NCBI RefSeq assembly: GCF_006345805.1 | Contig: NC_043002.1 | Location: 29,016,001 to 29,080,000 of the forward strand | DNA length: 64,000 bases | Direction: 5' to 3' | DNA from: Octopus sinensis | Taxonomy: Eukaryota | Shown: piece by piece, positions 28,247 through 43,464 of the stretch | How positions within the stretch are numbered: the first letter of the stretch is position 1 | Layout: the number at the start of each line of letters is the position of its first letter | The notes under the pieces: model-generated | Database searches by the model: none | The model's input: only the letters and a program-made list of their open reading frames with translations | Told to the model about the DNA's origin: nothing | Position numbers and translations under genes: made by a program

Positions 28247-29397
28247 TTATATATATATATATACACGATATATATATTTAAATCATATGCGTATATCATT
28301 AATAATTCATATACATACATATATATATATATATACATGCATACGCACAAACACACTCACACATATATAGATACGTAGATATAAATATATACTCATATAG
28401 AAACATAAAAATGGTAGAATGCTGAGAAAAAGATATAAAAATCAATAAATATATAGAAAAAACATAAAAGGGCAAAAATAGGTAAATATCAAATCATATA
28501 TACTGGTAAACATTAAAAAGGAAATAAAAAAAAATTAACATCAATAAACATATACTGTGATTGTAGGGTTGGTTTGAGGTTTGAATGGCGTTGGAGGGAG
28601 AGAACCGAAAAAACATACAGACTTGTATATATATATATATATATATTATATATTGTATTTATATAATGTATATGTATACAAACATATCTATGTGTTGTAT
28701 ATACGGTATATAAGTATATGTGCATAGATATATATATATATATGATAATGTATATATCATTTATATGCATGTTCATATATATGTTATATAGATATATTAT
28801 ATATATATTATATATATATTTATAGATATAATATATATATATTATGTGTATATATATATGCTAAACGAAAGGAGACCAAAACATACACAAAAAAACTATA
28901 GGTAGTGAAAAGGTAATAAAATGGTAAATGTGGTTGTATATGTAATGTTGGAGTTAAAGATATGATTGCGAGGCTTGGAAGTGAACAGGCAAGGAGAAGC
29001 AATAAAGAAGAGATTGGAGCTGCTAAAGCAGTCAGTACTGTGACCGGAGACATAAAACGGACAACTAAGAACAATGGAATACACAGAACTCATACAACAC
29101 AACAAGCAACACAACAATAACGATACGACATCGAACAACAACAAACAACAACAGCGAAACCAAAAAAAAAAAAACGAAAAAACAACAAGAACAAGTAGAG
29201 CAACGTCAAGACCAAGCTAGCACGATGTAAAATACGAACTAGAAAAGACAAAAGTAGAGAGACTCATACAAGAAAAAAACATATACAACAACGAATTAAC
29301 TACAAGCCAATAAACAAGGCTAAATTAATACTACAAATAATAAGGATTGGATCGTTGTTTTATTATATTATTATTATCATTATTATTATTATTATTA

Positions 29398-29441
<44 letters not shown>

Positions 29442-29548
29442 TATTATTATTTTTGTTGTTGTTGTTATCATCGACATGATGATGATGATCATCATCATCG
29501 TCATCATCATCATCATCATCATTGTCATCATCATCATCATCATCATCG

Positions 29549-29582
<34 letters not shown>

Positions 29583-29670
29583 AATTATCATCATCATCAT
29601 CAATCCCACATTGTATCGTCTTATAGCGTCCTCAATCATCTTCCCAACACATTTTGACTAATAAAGAAAA

Positions 29671-29707
<37 letters not shown>

Positions 29708-31289
29708 GTTGTTGTTGTTGTTGTTGAGGTGGTTGCTTTCGTGGATGATGATAATGGTGATGATGACGACTACGATGATGATACGATATTAGGAGTTGTA
29801 GTACATCTCTATGAGGTTAGCATAAATATAAATTACTTTGGGGAAATTAACGTTGATAAGCATTTTTATGGGATTGTGTGCATCTACATAATTACGAAAT
29901 GTAAAGAACAAGAACGAACTGCAGAAGTGAAAGTACAAAATTGAATGCAAATTTTACACTCACGCGCACGTACGTGTATACGCTCACACTCACACGCACA
30001 CACTGGCACACACTTATTCATACACACACACACAAATACATACGCACATATCTACTCATACACTTCCAGTGATATTTACAAGTAATTGATAAAGATTTCA
30101 ATGGTGTGCATAACCACACATTTTATCCCATTCAATTTCATATATTATACCATATCTTTTAAGTGAGCTATCTTCTGTTGGGATATCACTTGGCTGTTTT
30201 TGGCAAGGAATGCTGATTTGGTGATCTTCTGTTCACGTCGGCTAGAAACATTCAACATAATTTTATAATTCAGTAATTTGTACGTACTACTCTGTAGTAC
30301 GTACATCTATACCTGTAGATTTTTTTTATTAAACCAGCAAAACGCTGGTTTCTACTGCCAGTATTTAAATTACTGAAATTATCCATAATACCAGAGGTAA
30401 ATAGTCGAACGTTTCATCGACGTCTAGATTATTTCCTTGGAGGTTGTGACTCATTTTCTTTACCACGAATGGGCAAACACTTCCGAGAAGCGCGCTACTT
30501 GAGACGGGATTCACCTTCAAGCATATCGCACTGCTAAAAATATGCCTGGTAATTTTTCGTTAAGTGTGCCATTCAGAAAGTCCCGCGGGCCGCGCTTTGC
30601 TCAATACGCTTCTTTGCTCACGCTTATTCTATTACTTAACAAAGTAATAGAATATTCGTCCCAATGGCCACATATAACGAAATGGTAGAATGGCATGGGA
30701 GCCTGGAATCATTCAGAATCCCAGGAACACATCAACGAAATAGGATTACGATCCAGTTAAATGGAGAAACTGTTGTAAATCAAGTCTCACTGAGTTGACC
30801 ACACCTACTCTTCATCCTACGTCTAGAGATCTCTTCGGATGCGCCCTTGAATATATACTTACACATTCCCAGTTTTAACATATTGACACACCCCCTACAA
30901 TATATGACAGTTAAATGTTCAGATTACAACACTTCATTTCTTGTACAAGAAACAAACGAGCGGATGCTCCAATGTCAGATTCACTATGAAGCAAAACAAC
31001 AAGGACAAGCTGTAGTGGAATATCGAAATGATATAGATATTTATAAGAAGTTGGTTTAAGCCCTTTTCTGAGTAGTTTAGCAATCGTCAACATCTTATCC
31101 CCGCTCCGCCTGTCCAGTAGAAGATTATGAGATGCATTCCAGGATGTTTGAGTCTTTATTACGAGAGACAATTAAAACTGCCCTAGATTACTGTAATTTT
31201 AGTATATCATTGCTATTCATCTAGTAAGTGCACCTGCCATCTATTTTTTATTCTGAATTGAACGCACCCTAGTAAAGACTTCATGTCAC

Positions 31290-31985
31290 AGTTGACTAGT
31301 TAGCAGAATGTAGTCGGGAGATGAAGACAATCTACAAGCACGCCAATATAACCTTGTGCGAAACTGGATAAAAATGTTACAGATGGATATGAAGTGTTCC
31401 AGACTGTTTATCAATGAACTTGTATAAGCTGAGCATTTGTATTTCGCCGGTACATGAGGCTCAATGACGGTAAAGACTAGACGAGAGGTGTGGAAGGCAG
31501 AGGGTCGTCGAAAAATCACACATGGTAACATCATAGCTGGATGAAGACCGTCATGTATCTATAAAGACAATAAGCATACAGCTTCAATTTGGTGTGGGAA
31601 CTGACCACAAAAGTATTCTTGAAGATCTGAAAATCTAACACTACATCAGTCTACTATTCCATCCTGGTAAATAACTACTTGACAGAGCAGAGCAACAAAA
31701 CTGTTCCTCACTCTCCATACAGGGCAAACCTTGCTATCTGGGTCTTTCAGTTGTTCCCCAGGATGAATGAAAAACTCCGGGGCAAAGGTTTTGAAAACAT
31801 TGAGAATACGAAAGAGGCTGTGACAAGTGTCTTGGATACCTTCAGTTGAAAGACTTCTATGGGACCTTCACGAGCACTATCACAAGCGCATTGGAATCAG
31901 GCGATTCTATTTTGAAGAAGATTAAAATTTTGTTCTTCTTTGAAGTTAATAAACTGTTTCATTTCCAATAGAAATCTCAGAACTT
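31290..31985 (+). mobile_element. Internally deleted mariner relic
   Basis: A decayed N-terminal segment, then VPHSPYRANLAIWVFQLFPRMNEKLRGKGFENIENTKEAVTSVL, matching the PYSPDLAP..LFP.LK..LRG..F C-terminus. Confidence 0.75.
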
Positions 31986-32104
31986 GTGCACAAATATCGA
32001 GTGAGTAAGAAGCAGGCCACTTTGCACCACTTCAGACACCGATATATATATATGCGTGTGTGTGTCTATATGTGTGTGATTGTTTGTTTATTTGTTTGTT
32101 TGTT

Positions 32105-32141
<37 letters not shown>

Positions 32142-32290
32142 AATGTACATGTGAGGAAGGGATGCGGACTTTCAGAACACTTTATGTTTGTGAATGTATA
32201 TGCATTTTTTAAAGAGGAATATCCATATGGAATTATTCATATGAATTAAAAATTATACCTAGTAAAAATAATATATATATGTAAAAATCT

Positions 32291-32327
<37 letters not shown>

Positions 32328-32853
32328 GAGTATATATATATATATATATATATATCTATATATATATATATATATATATAGATACAAAAAATACATGGGA
32401 CAAGAACGCAAAACATCCAGCAGTTGGGTGATACAAGAAAGGGACAACAAACATCCAGATAGACAATACAAAGAAAACAAGGACGGGTCATTCGGAGTTT
32501 TCTTTCCTCAGTCGAGTTCCAGATTATCTTTGCAATATATATATATATATATATATCAAAGTCAAGATAGAAAATGCTAAAATAATTTTATAAACACATT
32601 TCAGCACCGGTTCCAGTCATATGGAAAACTATTAGATTTTGAAAAATTTAAAGACAAGTTTCTTAAAAGAATATTTGCATAGTGCTCAAATAAAAGTGGC
32701 ATTTTCCTTCTTCCTGTCTGTTTCTGTCTCTTGCTTACTCTTGTGGGTTCGAGGTTGTTGTCTATATGTATATACATACATATATCACATACTCAGAGAT
32801 ATATACATATATATATATACTATCTAAAAAATTTCCAGTTTTATATATTCTCT

Positions 32854-32940
<87 letters not shown>

Positions 32941-33033
32941 TTGTCTGTGTGTGTGCGTGTGTATTTATTTATACACACATATGTAGATATAAATGTGTGT
33001 GTGTATTTACTAATGTATATGTATTTATACTTG

Positions 33034-33064
<31 letters not shown>

Positions 33065-33284
33065 TTGTGTGTGCTTGTGTATAACTACGTGTGTATGTAT
33101 GTTTGTATGTATGTATTTATGCTTTTATGCACAGAACACGTACAGACAAACTGCACAAACAAAAAGTATTATACACATATCCAAATAAATAAAGAATATA
33201 AAATAGCTGCCTGCTGTATTTTGTCTGCTTATCGCTAAATTCCTGAAATGCTAGATCTCTTACCAGACTGGAAAAGGCTATTAA

Positions 33285-33640
33285 CCCTATACAGTATCGA
33301 TCATTTGTTCATAGATGAGTTTAAGCTATATGTTAGACATTACGAATTGTACGCACAATTACAAACGGAATGTGGGTTTATCAAGAAGATTTGCATGGAA
33401 TTTCTGCCATAAAGAAGAGCTAAGATCAGTAAGAAAATAAAGAATTGTGTAATGGTATATTATTTGATGTAGGAGTAGATTTAGTTATTTTGGTAACATT
33501 GCAGATCTCCAAAATGTTTTGGAATATATACAGTAAAAATTTTCAAATTAAGGAAATAGTTTTGGATGCAATAGTCTTGAAAAAGCACTACTTTCTACTT
33601 GAGGAAAACAGCCTGAAATTTGTGGGGGGCATGTTACTTG
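33285..33640 (+). mobile_element. Old R4/Dong-like RT remnant
   Basis: DHLFIDEFKLY...ICMEF resembles the HLLFMDDLKLY...IGMEF motif. Confidence 0.45.
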
Positions 33641-34267
33641 CATCGACCGAAGTACTCAAATAGTTCATTTTCTCAATCCCGAAGGGATAAAAAAGCAAAG
33701 TCGATCTCGTGATATTGGACACCAAGATGTGAAAGCCTGAAAAAGTTTTTGATGTGGTGACTATCTTTAGTTCGTAATGTAAATAACAAAGGAATATTCA
33801 GAATTACATTATATGTTACTTAAATAACTATAAATAAAATTCATTTTCAGTGACGTTGAAAAAAATCTAGTGATAAAACTGTTGGTAGCAATTAATAGAA
33901 AAAAAATGAGTTTAGTGATATCAAAATGATAGCTCAAATCTCAATAAGAAAAGCAGAATGTAGAATATTGAGGACTTGCTAAAATCGTAAGAACACGCAC
34001 TTAAAAAGAAAAGCATTGTAAATATGTTCATCACATCTAACATCGGTTACAGAAGGATTGGAATCAAATTTCTCAGGAAAATCTTAACTGCGACATGGAA
34101 GTCTAGATATTATGTCTCAGAGATTTTCTCATGGATTAAGTTGCTCAAGAATAGACATCTAGTAACCCGTTACGAATCGATTTCTGCCTCTGGTTAAACA
34201 AATCCAGCTACTATTAGTTAAGACAGATAATGTTAGAGCGCTGTAAAAATTGGGATCTATGTATATA

Positions 34268-34507
34268 AATTCTTTTATTCTTTTAATTGTTTCAGTTATT
34301 TGACTGCGGCCATGCTTGAGCATAGCCTTGAAGAATTTTACTTGAACTAATCGAGACCTTATTTTGAAACCTGATACTTATTCTATTCGTTCTTTTGCCG
34401 AATCGCTATAGTAGAAGACACTTGCCCAAGGTTCCATTCAGTGGAACTAAACCTGGGACCATGTGGTTGGGATGCAAACGTCTTACCACAGAGTCACGCC
34501 TGCGCCT
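34268..34507 (-). mobile_element. SINE family B with internal deletion
   Basis: Head (34400-34507) is joined directly to the tail (34268-34400). Confidence 0.8.
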
Positions 34508-34523
34508 ATATATATGTATATAC

Positions 34524-34582
<59 letters not shown>

Positions 34583-34894
34583 GTATATACAGAGAGAGAG
34601 AGAGAGAGAGAGGAGAGATGAGAGAGATAGTAGTCGTAGTTGTAGCAGTAGTAGTAGTCGTCGTGTGTCGTCGTCGTAGTAGTAGTAGTATTGAAGCCAA
34701 ACCAAATTGTAATAATTTGAAATTAGTTACAGCATTTCAAAAGCATGAAGAAAATAATGGTAAAATTTCAATATATATATGTGTGGTAAGAGACGTAAGT
34801 TAGCAACTAAGTTAGAATACAGAAGAGGTGAGTGAGAAACAGAAGGGTGGTGTGGAGAGAAAGAAAGGGGGAAAGGGAGAGAAACATATGTAAA

Positions 34895-35620
34895 GTGAAA
34901 TAGTGGGAAAGGGTCTAGGACTAGATTTAGTTCAAGGGTACTGGCTAAAGAAATTTAGTAGCTTACATGGAAGACTGGAGGAACAACTTCAGGATTGGAT
35001 GACTAGAGGGAGGACAGTACTCATTATGAAAGACAAAAGCATGGGTAATACAGCTAATAATTATAGATCAATCACTTGCTTACCATTAGTGTGGAATGCT
35101 GCTAACAAGAATGCTCTCAGAAAACATTTATAAGCATCTTGGCAGCCAGAGTTTACCGCCTGAAGAACAGAAAGGTTACAAGAAGAAGGGTAGATAAACG
35201 CATGATCTATATTACATAGACAAAACAAGTTCTACATGAAGTAAAAGCAAGAAGGAAAATTTGACAATAGCATGGATAGATTATTAGAACATCTATGACA
35301 TGATTCCACACTCATGGCTAAGTGAATGTTGAGTATATCCAGTATTGCAGAAAGCATAAGAGAATTAATTAGCTTTAGCATGAAGAAATGGAAAAATATA
35401 ATTTTTACTCAGGTGACACACCCTTAGGGAATGTTAATATCAAGCGAGGAATTTTCCAGGGTGACTCGTTATCCCCTTTAGTATGTGGCTTATGTTCGAT
35501 CCTCTCAGTTTAGTATTAAGGAAGGGAAATGAGGGGTATCAACTTAGAAATGGTAAGAGGAACCATTTGCTCTACATGGGTAAGCTAACGCATTTTAGTA
35601 AGAATGAAAAAGAGACACAT
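34895..35620 (+). mobile_element. R4/Dong-clade reverse transcriptase fragment
   Basis: [74 protein letters not shown], with stops and frameshifts. Confidence 0.92.
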
Positions 35621-36084
35621 TCCTCAAAAAGTTACACATGCACACACACATACACACACTCATACACATACACATATATACACATACACACACTCACACA
35701 CATACACACATATATACACATACACAACATGTTTCATTCTTTGAAAAAATTCCCAATGCCATTATTTTATGACTTGCTTATTTCTCCGACATTGTTAAAA
35801 CTCTCAGAAGCAGTTACATGATCTATACCCACATTTATTTGACTGGTAGTAACAAATAATTTATAGTTCAGTACTAATATCATATTAGTTATATTCGCAG
35901 AGGCATGGTATTAGATTCAAAGAATTTTTTGTTTAATATTTCTGGGGAGTAAACACTAACCTAGCTTAAGATGGATGAATGGATTCAGTTAGTTTCCATG
36001 TCTTATCTTCTAATTCACTCTCTCATCATTTCTTGTTTCAGTCATTGAAGTGCAACCATGCATGAATGCCGCTTTGAAGTGTTT

Positions 36085-36272
36085 TAGTTGGACCAACCAA
36101 CCAACCAACCAACCAACCAACCAACCAACCAACCAACAAACAAACCAACCAAATAACCAACCAAAACCAACCAACCAACACCAACCAACCAACCAGCCAA
36201 CCAGCCAACCAACCAACCAACCAGCCAACCAACCAACCAACCAACCAACCAACCAACCAGCCAACCAACCAA
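36085..36272. repeat. (AACC)n tetranucleotide microsatellite
   Basis: Seen directly. It explains the QPTN/GWLV ORFs. Confidence 0.95.
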
Positions 36273-36424
36273 CGACAATACTTATGCTGTTTGTCTTTTT
36301 TTTTTCTTTAAAGCCTATATTCATTCACTTAATATCTTTTGCTGAATCACTTACTTACAGCGAGGTAAACGAACGAACACCGGTAGTCAAACGTTTGAAT
36401 GTGTGTAGCAAAAACAGACAGAGA

Positions 36425-36543
36425 GAGTGGAGGTGCGTGGCTCATGATCGTAAGACTGCGGTTTCGATTTCTGAACCGGGAAATACATTGTGTATTTGCG
36501 CAAAACACTTCATTCAACGTTACTGCAGTTCGCTCAGCTGGCA
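36425..36543 (+). mobile_element. Decayed SINE family C head
   Basis: GGAGGTGCGTGGCTC..GGTTTCGATT..CTCAGCTGGCA. Confidence 0.6.
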
Positions 36544-36625
36544 ATACATACATACATGCATACATAAACACACACATACATACTTACACACATACATACA
36601 AAACAGACACACACACACACACACA

Positions 36626-36681
<56 letters not shown>

Positions 36682-39132
36682 ACGGGGTTCCGTACAGTTT
36701 TAGCTTACTAAATTCGCTCACAAGGTATTGGTCGGCCAGGGGCCTTAATAGAATGCACTTCTGAATTGTGCTGCACAGTGGTACTGCACCCAAATCAGGT
36801 AACTTCAAAATGAGCCTTTTACCATATAGCATCTTTCTCGGATGGCCATAGGTGTGTTATTTTATTTCAAAAGTTTTAATTCTATATTTTGGTAAATGGC
36901 TTCCATCGGTTTTTTAAAAACCCTTCTGAAAACTTTCGCGTTTCGTCGAAGAACGTGTGAACAATTTATGGTGATATGATAGGCAGAAAATCTCAGGGAT
37001 TACACACTGTATGTTCGTTATATATTGATGTATTGAATTGAGAAAAACGTCTAGATTTTCGCTTGCTTATTGATGCATTTGTAAATCTATTGTATTTAAC
37101 TCTTGTGTTGTACTTTTTATATATACCAGGTTCTATTGTGTAGAGTAACGCCTTCCTCAATATTCATTTTGAGTTTATGCTCGGGTGTTCCAGCTGGAGT
37201 CCTGTGAAGTATTATAGTTATTGACCTTACATGTTTACTATTGTATTAATGTGTACGCGGTGTATTTCATATCTCTTTATTCGAGTGTGGATTGAGATGG
37301 CTGTTCTACACCGGTTAGGTCAAATATCATTAAAAAAAACATAGAGAAACAATATATATGCATGATTGGTTACTTTGTGTATGTCATAAACCATCCATCG
37401 TAGTATAATCTGCTGTATCTCGTCTCAGTATAAGTTGGGTTTTGATGCATGCTGCGTTAAAGGTCTACCGTTTGTTATGTGTACCATTGCAATTTAAATG
37501 GTATTTGTCATGCAGTAGATATTTGTAACCCTGGAGAATGATTGTATTCTATTGTAGAATGTCCAGAATGTTAGTGTTACTCAATAATCATCAGTCAAAA
37601 CTCTTCGGAAATTATTCCATAGCATCATTAAAAAGGCACGCACATCACATAACAAAATAAGGGAGTTATGGTCACGCTTGGAAAGCCGTTTCGAGCAATT
37701 TCTCGGTTCCCTTCTTTTCTAAATGCCTTTCAACATGCTCACCCATATTCTTGAGATGCAAATAAATATGGAAGGGGTCAGAATAGGTAACAGATTGACC
37801 ATAAAGTGCATGTCGGGTTCTATTTACTGTTTTCATCTCATTCTACCACATATACACTTGTACCCATATATACATACATACATACATACACATATATATA
37901 TATATGTATACACACACATATAGAGATTATAGATGTCATGGACATCTGTGCTCAGAGTAAATGAAGAAAATCTTTTCAATGGAATTATAACAGAAAATGC
38001 ACATGGAATTCAATTCACATGCACAAACATACACATACTGACGTACATGCGTATCAAATACATATATACATATACATGCGTGTGTATATATATATATATA
38101 TATACATGTGTGTGCAAAATTACATGAAACTACATGTATTTATATGTATACTCAGATGTTTGTGTGTGTGTGTCTGTATGTGTGTGTGCGGGCGTGCGTG
38201 CGTGTGTACAATTACGTACATTTACATTGGCTGTTTCTTTATCTACTAAAACCTGTTCTCCTCATTGGCTCTCTCACAAATCATTGTTATGTCGTAAGGC
38301 GCTCATTTAGTCTATCTTTACAAAACTGTTATTGTTTCGAAAGCATGATTGATTCGTTGCCAATTCTTTCCGACAGTCTGGATTGTTCTCTGTTAGAAAA
38401 ATATGGTTGACATTGAATATTTAATTATTAGTGGAGGGCCGTTCCATCCGCTATTTCAATGACTGCAAAAATCAAGACATCCTCCCAACCCTGTTATAAA
38501 AGCCGAAATGCTTTATAACAGGACAATTAATGGAAAAGACCAGCATTTTGAAAAGATTTATTCTTTTAATAAATGTTTTTCCCTCCTTCCCCTACATATA
38601 CGCAGTCACAACATCACACAATTTACATAGCATACTCTTAGCAAGTTATAATAAAATAAATAAATAGTATATAAGTGGGGAAGAAGATGAGAAAAACGAG
38701 TTAGATATTTGAAATGGTTACTTTCGTTAGTTTCAGCTTTCGATATCATACGAATTTTTACAGCGAGCGAACTCTTCAATATGCGGAGACCAGAAAGGGA
38801 GTGTTTACAAAATTAATCACATGTCACAGAGCAGAGTGTATATATTTGCATGGCTTAGTTGTATGCTGGCAGTACCGAGAGATAATAGCAATTAGGAAAG
38901 ATGTAAAATGTCGGTGTTTGACTTTGGAAGCAAGCTAAAGCTTGCATACTCAAACACGGTCTTAAAAACGGCCATGATTTTCGTAGCTCCCTCCATAATT
39001 AGTGGGGGAAAATTATAACTCTAACTGATGTAGCCTCTCAGAATGAGCAGGGCAAAGAGCATGGCATGGGTTAAGAAGGACATGGACGTTGGATGGGTTG
39101 GGTTAGAGTTGGACATTTGTTGGGTGTGGCGT

Positions 39133-39164
<32 letters not shown>

Positions 39165-39458
39165 TAAACAGAGAGAGGGAAAAGAGAGAGATAGAGATAG
39201 AGATAGAGGAAGGAAGAAGAGTGGGTGAGATGGATATAAAGAGGTTAAATGGAGAGGTTGTGTGCGGTAGAAGAGAAGAGGGAGGGCGTGAAGGAGAAAC
39301 GGGGGAAGTTGGCATGGAGATGATGTCGCGGGCGTTGCGGGTGTTGCGGGCGGTATGATGAGGTGGAGGGGCGTTAATTCACGGTGTGAGTGAAGTGAAG
39401 ATGTGATAGTGTGAAGGTGAACAGACGGAAAAGAGGCTATCAATTGACTGGGCATCAA

Positions 39459-39534
<76 letters not shown>

Positions 39535-40321
39535 GCTACTACTGCTCCTGCTGTTGCTGCCGTTGCTGCTGCTGCTACTACTACTACTATTACTACTACT
39601 ACTAATAATAATATTAATAATAAAAATAATAATAAAAATACACTAAGAACAATAATGACAATACTAATAAGGATGTTCCTAATAATAATAAGAAAAAGGG
39701 GAAGAACAACAAAAACAAAAATACCAATAACAACAATAATAATAATATGCAAGCTGTTTCCATTCACCGTAATCATAGCTATGAAGATGGCGATTGTTGG
39801 TCAGCAATATATAAACAGACTCACGCATTGATACATACATGCGTGCCTGGATAATGACATATACGATCAAGGAGTAGAAAAATAATATATATATATATAT
39901 ATATATATATGACCATACGGAAGATGAGGATGTAAAGTAGAAAGTGTTGGTCAGAGAGAGAGAGAGAGACAAGTGGGGTTAGGGAAGCTAATGGCAAATA
40001 TAGGCTGCAGCTATTTTCCATATGTAGTGAAATCACACAGTCAATTTCCGCGTCATATAAAGCCAACGGTCAAAACAAGCCGAGTTAAAAGAGCACAACA
40101 ACAAGAACAAGAAAGAGCAACGGCGTCCACGAAGAAAGATGACAACGACGACGACAACGACGACGACGACGTCAGAAACAATAACACAAGAGTAGCAGCA
40201 ACATCATCATCATCATCATCAAAAACATTTTAAATAAGAAAACCCATATAAAAAAAAACACACACACACAGAAGGCCAAGAGCTATAAAAATAACAGTAT
40301 TAATAAGATTTTGAGGAGTTT

Positions 40322-40378
<57 letters not shown>

Positions 40379-40405
40379 ATGAATAAAGATGATGTTATGA
40401 TGATG

Positions 40406-40438
<33 letters not shown>

Positions 40439-40616
40439 GCGAGGACGATGATGAAAACAAATTAAAAGTAACAAGAAAAAGACAAAAAAATTAACAATAC
40501 AAAGAATAATAAAAGCAACAATAAGAACAGCAGTACAACAACAAGAGCGAGAACAATAATCTGGATACTGGTTCGTAGACGTATTATAATTGATGATGAT
40601 GATGATGATGATGATG

Positions 40617-40701
<85 letters not shown>

Positions 40702-41117
40702 GATGATGATGATGATGATGATTGATGACGACGACGATGATGATGATGACGATGATGACGACGACTTCGTCGACAGTGATGATGATTAAACATGGTTGCA
40801 GTGGTTGGTGATGACGGCGGTGGTGATGGTTATGATGATGATAATGATGATGATGAGGATGATGATGATGACGATGACGACGAAGAGAACGTCGACGAAC
40901 TTGATGATGTCGATTGTGGTTGTGGCAGTGACTCAGGGGAGTGTGGTAGTGGTGGTGGTGGTTTTGGTGATGGTGATGGTGGTGGTGATGGAGAGAGAGG
41001 GAGAGAGAGAGAGAGAGAGAGTCGTGGGACAAAGAAAAACGGAGAGAGTGATAGAGTGAAAGAGGGAGAGAAAAAGCGATAGAGAGAGATCAAACATCTA
41101 AAATGACAACGAGGCTT

Positions 41118-41153
41118 TGACGTCACGCTCGTCTGCTCTGTGCCGTCCAATCA
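41118..41153 (+). promoter_or_regulatory. Candidate CRE plus CCAAT element
   Basis: Palindromic TGACGTCA at 41118-41125 and CCAATCA at 41147-41153, in a CpG-containing unique island. Confidence 0.3.
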
Positions 41154-41560
41154 ACGGACATTAATGAATGCCGAGTCATGAGCTGGAAAAGACTGTCATA
41201 AGTAAATTATGAAGCTGAAATGGTAATGTATGTAATGATAGGTTTTTGTCGGCATCACTCTTTGGGGAAGGAACTGATGGCTTTTGACTGCTCTGTTGGT
41301 CTTTGGACATATGCGAGCGCGTGTATTTATGCCTGTGTGTGTATGTGCATCAAGCGTGCATGCGCGTACATGTGTGTGTGTGTGTGTGTATAGTGTATGT
41401 GTCAATTTAGATTCATGTGCGATTATGATTCAACGTATATATGCGTGATTGGGAAATTGTCTACAGAATTGCGTGTCTGTGTATTTATTTCATTCACAGC
41501 ATGCACACGTACGTACAAACATACACACACACGTATACACATGTATACACAGGCATACAC

Positions 41561-41626
<66 letters not shown>

Positions 41627-42366
41627 TCCCAAAATAAGAAAACACGAAGTCGAGGTGAAAGAACAACAAATAGGGAATAGGAACATGTATATGTGTATAT
41701 ATATATATGTGTCTGTGTGTGTGTCTGTATATATATATGTATATATATATATATATATCGGTATGTATGCATGGATGTATGTATATATGTATGTAGACGA
41801 GTGTTACTGTGAAATTGCATCTATAGAATTGAGCTTGCATGTACGACTGTGGGTAAGCGACTATACGTGTGAGAAATTATGGCCACAGAATTGATTTTGA
41901 ATGTTTGTATATGGAGATATCTGTGCAAAAGTGTATACGATTGCACGTATGTGTGCGTACGTGTGTGTGCATATGTGTGTGTGCGTATGTGTTTGTGAAA
42001 TTATGTCTATATAATAGTGTGTGTATGTGTGTGTGTGTGTGTGTGTGTTTGGATGTGTGTATGTATATTCAAGAAGTTGAATTTCTAGAACTGTGTATGT
42101 TTTAGTATACAGAATTGTGTGGAGTTGTGTATTTGGGAAAACGTGGCTGTGTGTAGAGAGAGAAAGAGAGAGAGTGGGGGAGAGGCAGAGAGAGAGAGAG
42201 AGAGACAGAGAGAGATGTAGAGAAAGAAAGACGGGGAGGGTGGGGAGAGAAAGAGAGAAACATTGTGTGTATGTCAACTTGAGTGGCGTCTGTGTTGTGT
42301 ACATATGTGTGGATCATGCCTGTACAGGCGAGACTGATGTTTTTCCGTGTATGTATGAGAAATTAC

Positions 42367-42397
<31 letters not shown>

Positions 42398-42431
42398 ACA
42401 CACACACGTATATATATGTGTGTGCGTGTAA

Positions 42432-42602
42432 GACGCAGTCGTAGCTGTGTGGTAAGAAGCTTGCTTCTCAACCTCGTGGTTCCACTCACAAAGCTTTGGT
42501 CGGCCTGAGGCTAGAGTAGAAGACACTTGCCCAAAGTGCCATGCAGTGGGACTGAACCCGGAACCATGTGGTTGGTAAGCAAGCTACTTACCACACAGCC
42601 AC
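42432..42602. mobile_element. Inverted pair of SINE family B 5' fragments
   Basis: Plus-strand head at 42432-42483 faces a minus-strand head at 42487-42602. The arms are similar but not identical. Confidence 0.75.
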
Positions 42603-43098
42603 ATGACTTTTCTTTGAATATGTAAATGACGTTATACCGAATGTGTTCGTGCATGGCGCATGCGTGTGTATATGTAAGAATGTGTCTGTGTCTTTGTATG
42701 GATATATTAAGATACATAGCCGTGTGTCTCTGTGAGGATATGAGTGTCAATTTGTGAATTAATACGTATGCCTAGTTTCCATGTTATCCTATCCATGCTT
42801 ATGTGTATGGACATACTTAAATGTGCATGCGAGTATACGTATTTGATTGACATTCTAGCACCGCGTATGTATACTTATGTCACAAAATATCATTTCGTCT
42901 GTCTGTCTACATATCTGTCTATCTAGCTATCTATCTGTCTGTCTGTCTGACTATCTATCCACCTATCTATCTCTATCTATGTGTGTGTGTGTGCACTTGT
43001 ATATCAAAAGACGCATATAACACACATAAATTCCTAGTTAGGTATATGCACATATACATGATATACAAACACATATGTGAATGCATACACACACACAC

Positions 43099-43168
<70 letters not shown>

Positions 43169-43431
43169 AATTACGATCACGTATATTTCCTGTATATCAT
43201 GTAGCATGAGATGACTCTTTCCGATTGTTACAAATGCCATTCTAAGATTACTTATGATGTACCCTGTATGGTAATTATGTGTCATACTGCCGATCTGTGT
43301 ATATGTGTGTATGTAAGTGTGTATACAGAGATATATCTATAGACACACATACATGTATATTTGTGTGTGTGTGTGTGTATATATAAATACATATACATAC
43401 ATGCATACATACATACATACATATACATATT

Positions 43432-43464
<33 letters not shown>

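Noticed and set aside
29050-29340. Extremely A/C-rich, irregular stretch
   Set aside because: Looks like low-quality consensus or decayed simple repeat; no interpretable structure.
30625-30654. 13-bp stem, 4-nt loop hairpin (TATTCTATTACTT-AACA-AAGTAATAGAATA)
   Set aside because: AT-rich and lacks the downstream CTAG expected for a Helitron end.
32382-32535. TA-flanked unit with a hammerhead-like CTGAGGA...CGAATGAC..GTC on the minus strand
   Set aside because: No stem II pairing, GAAT instead of GAAA, and no stem I. Probably a repeat, but not supportable as a ribozyme.
36860-37620. Possible Penelope-like remnant with a degenerate CTGAGA...CGAAACGCG motif (minus strand)
   Set aside because: The core is incomplete and I could not read a GIY-YIG or RT motif.
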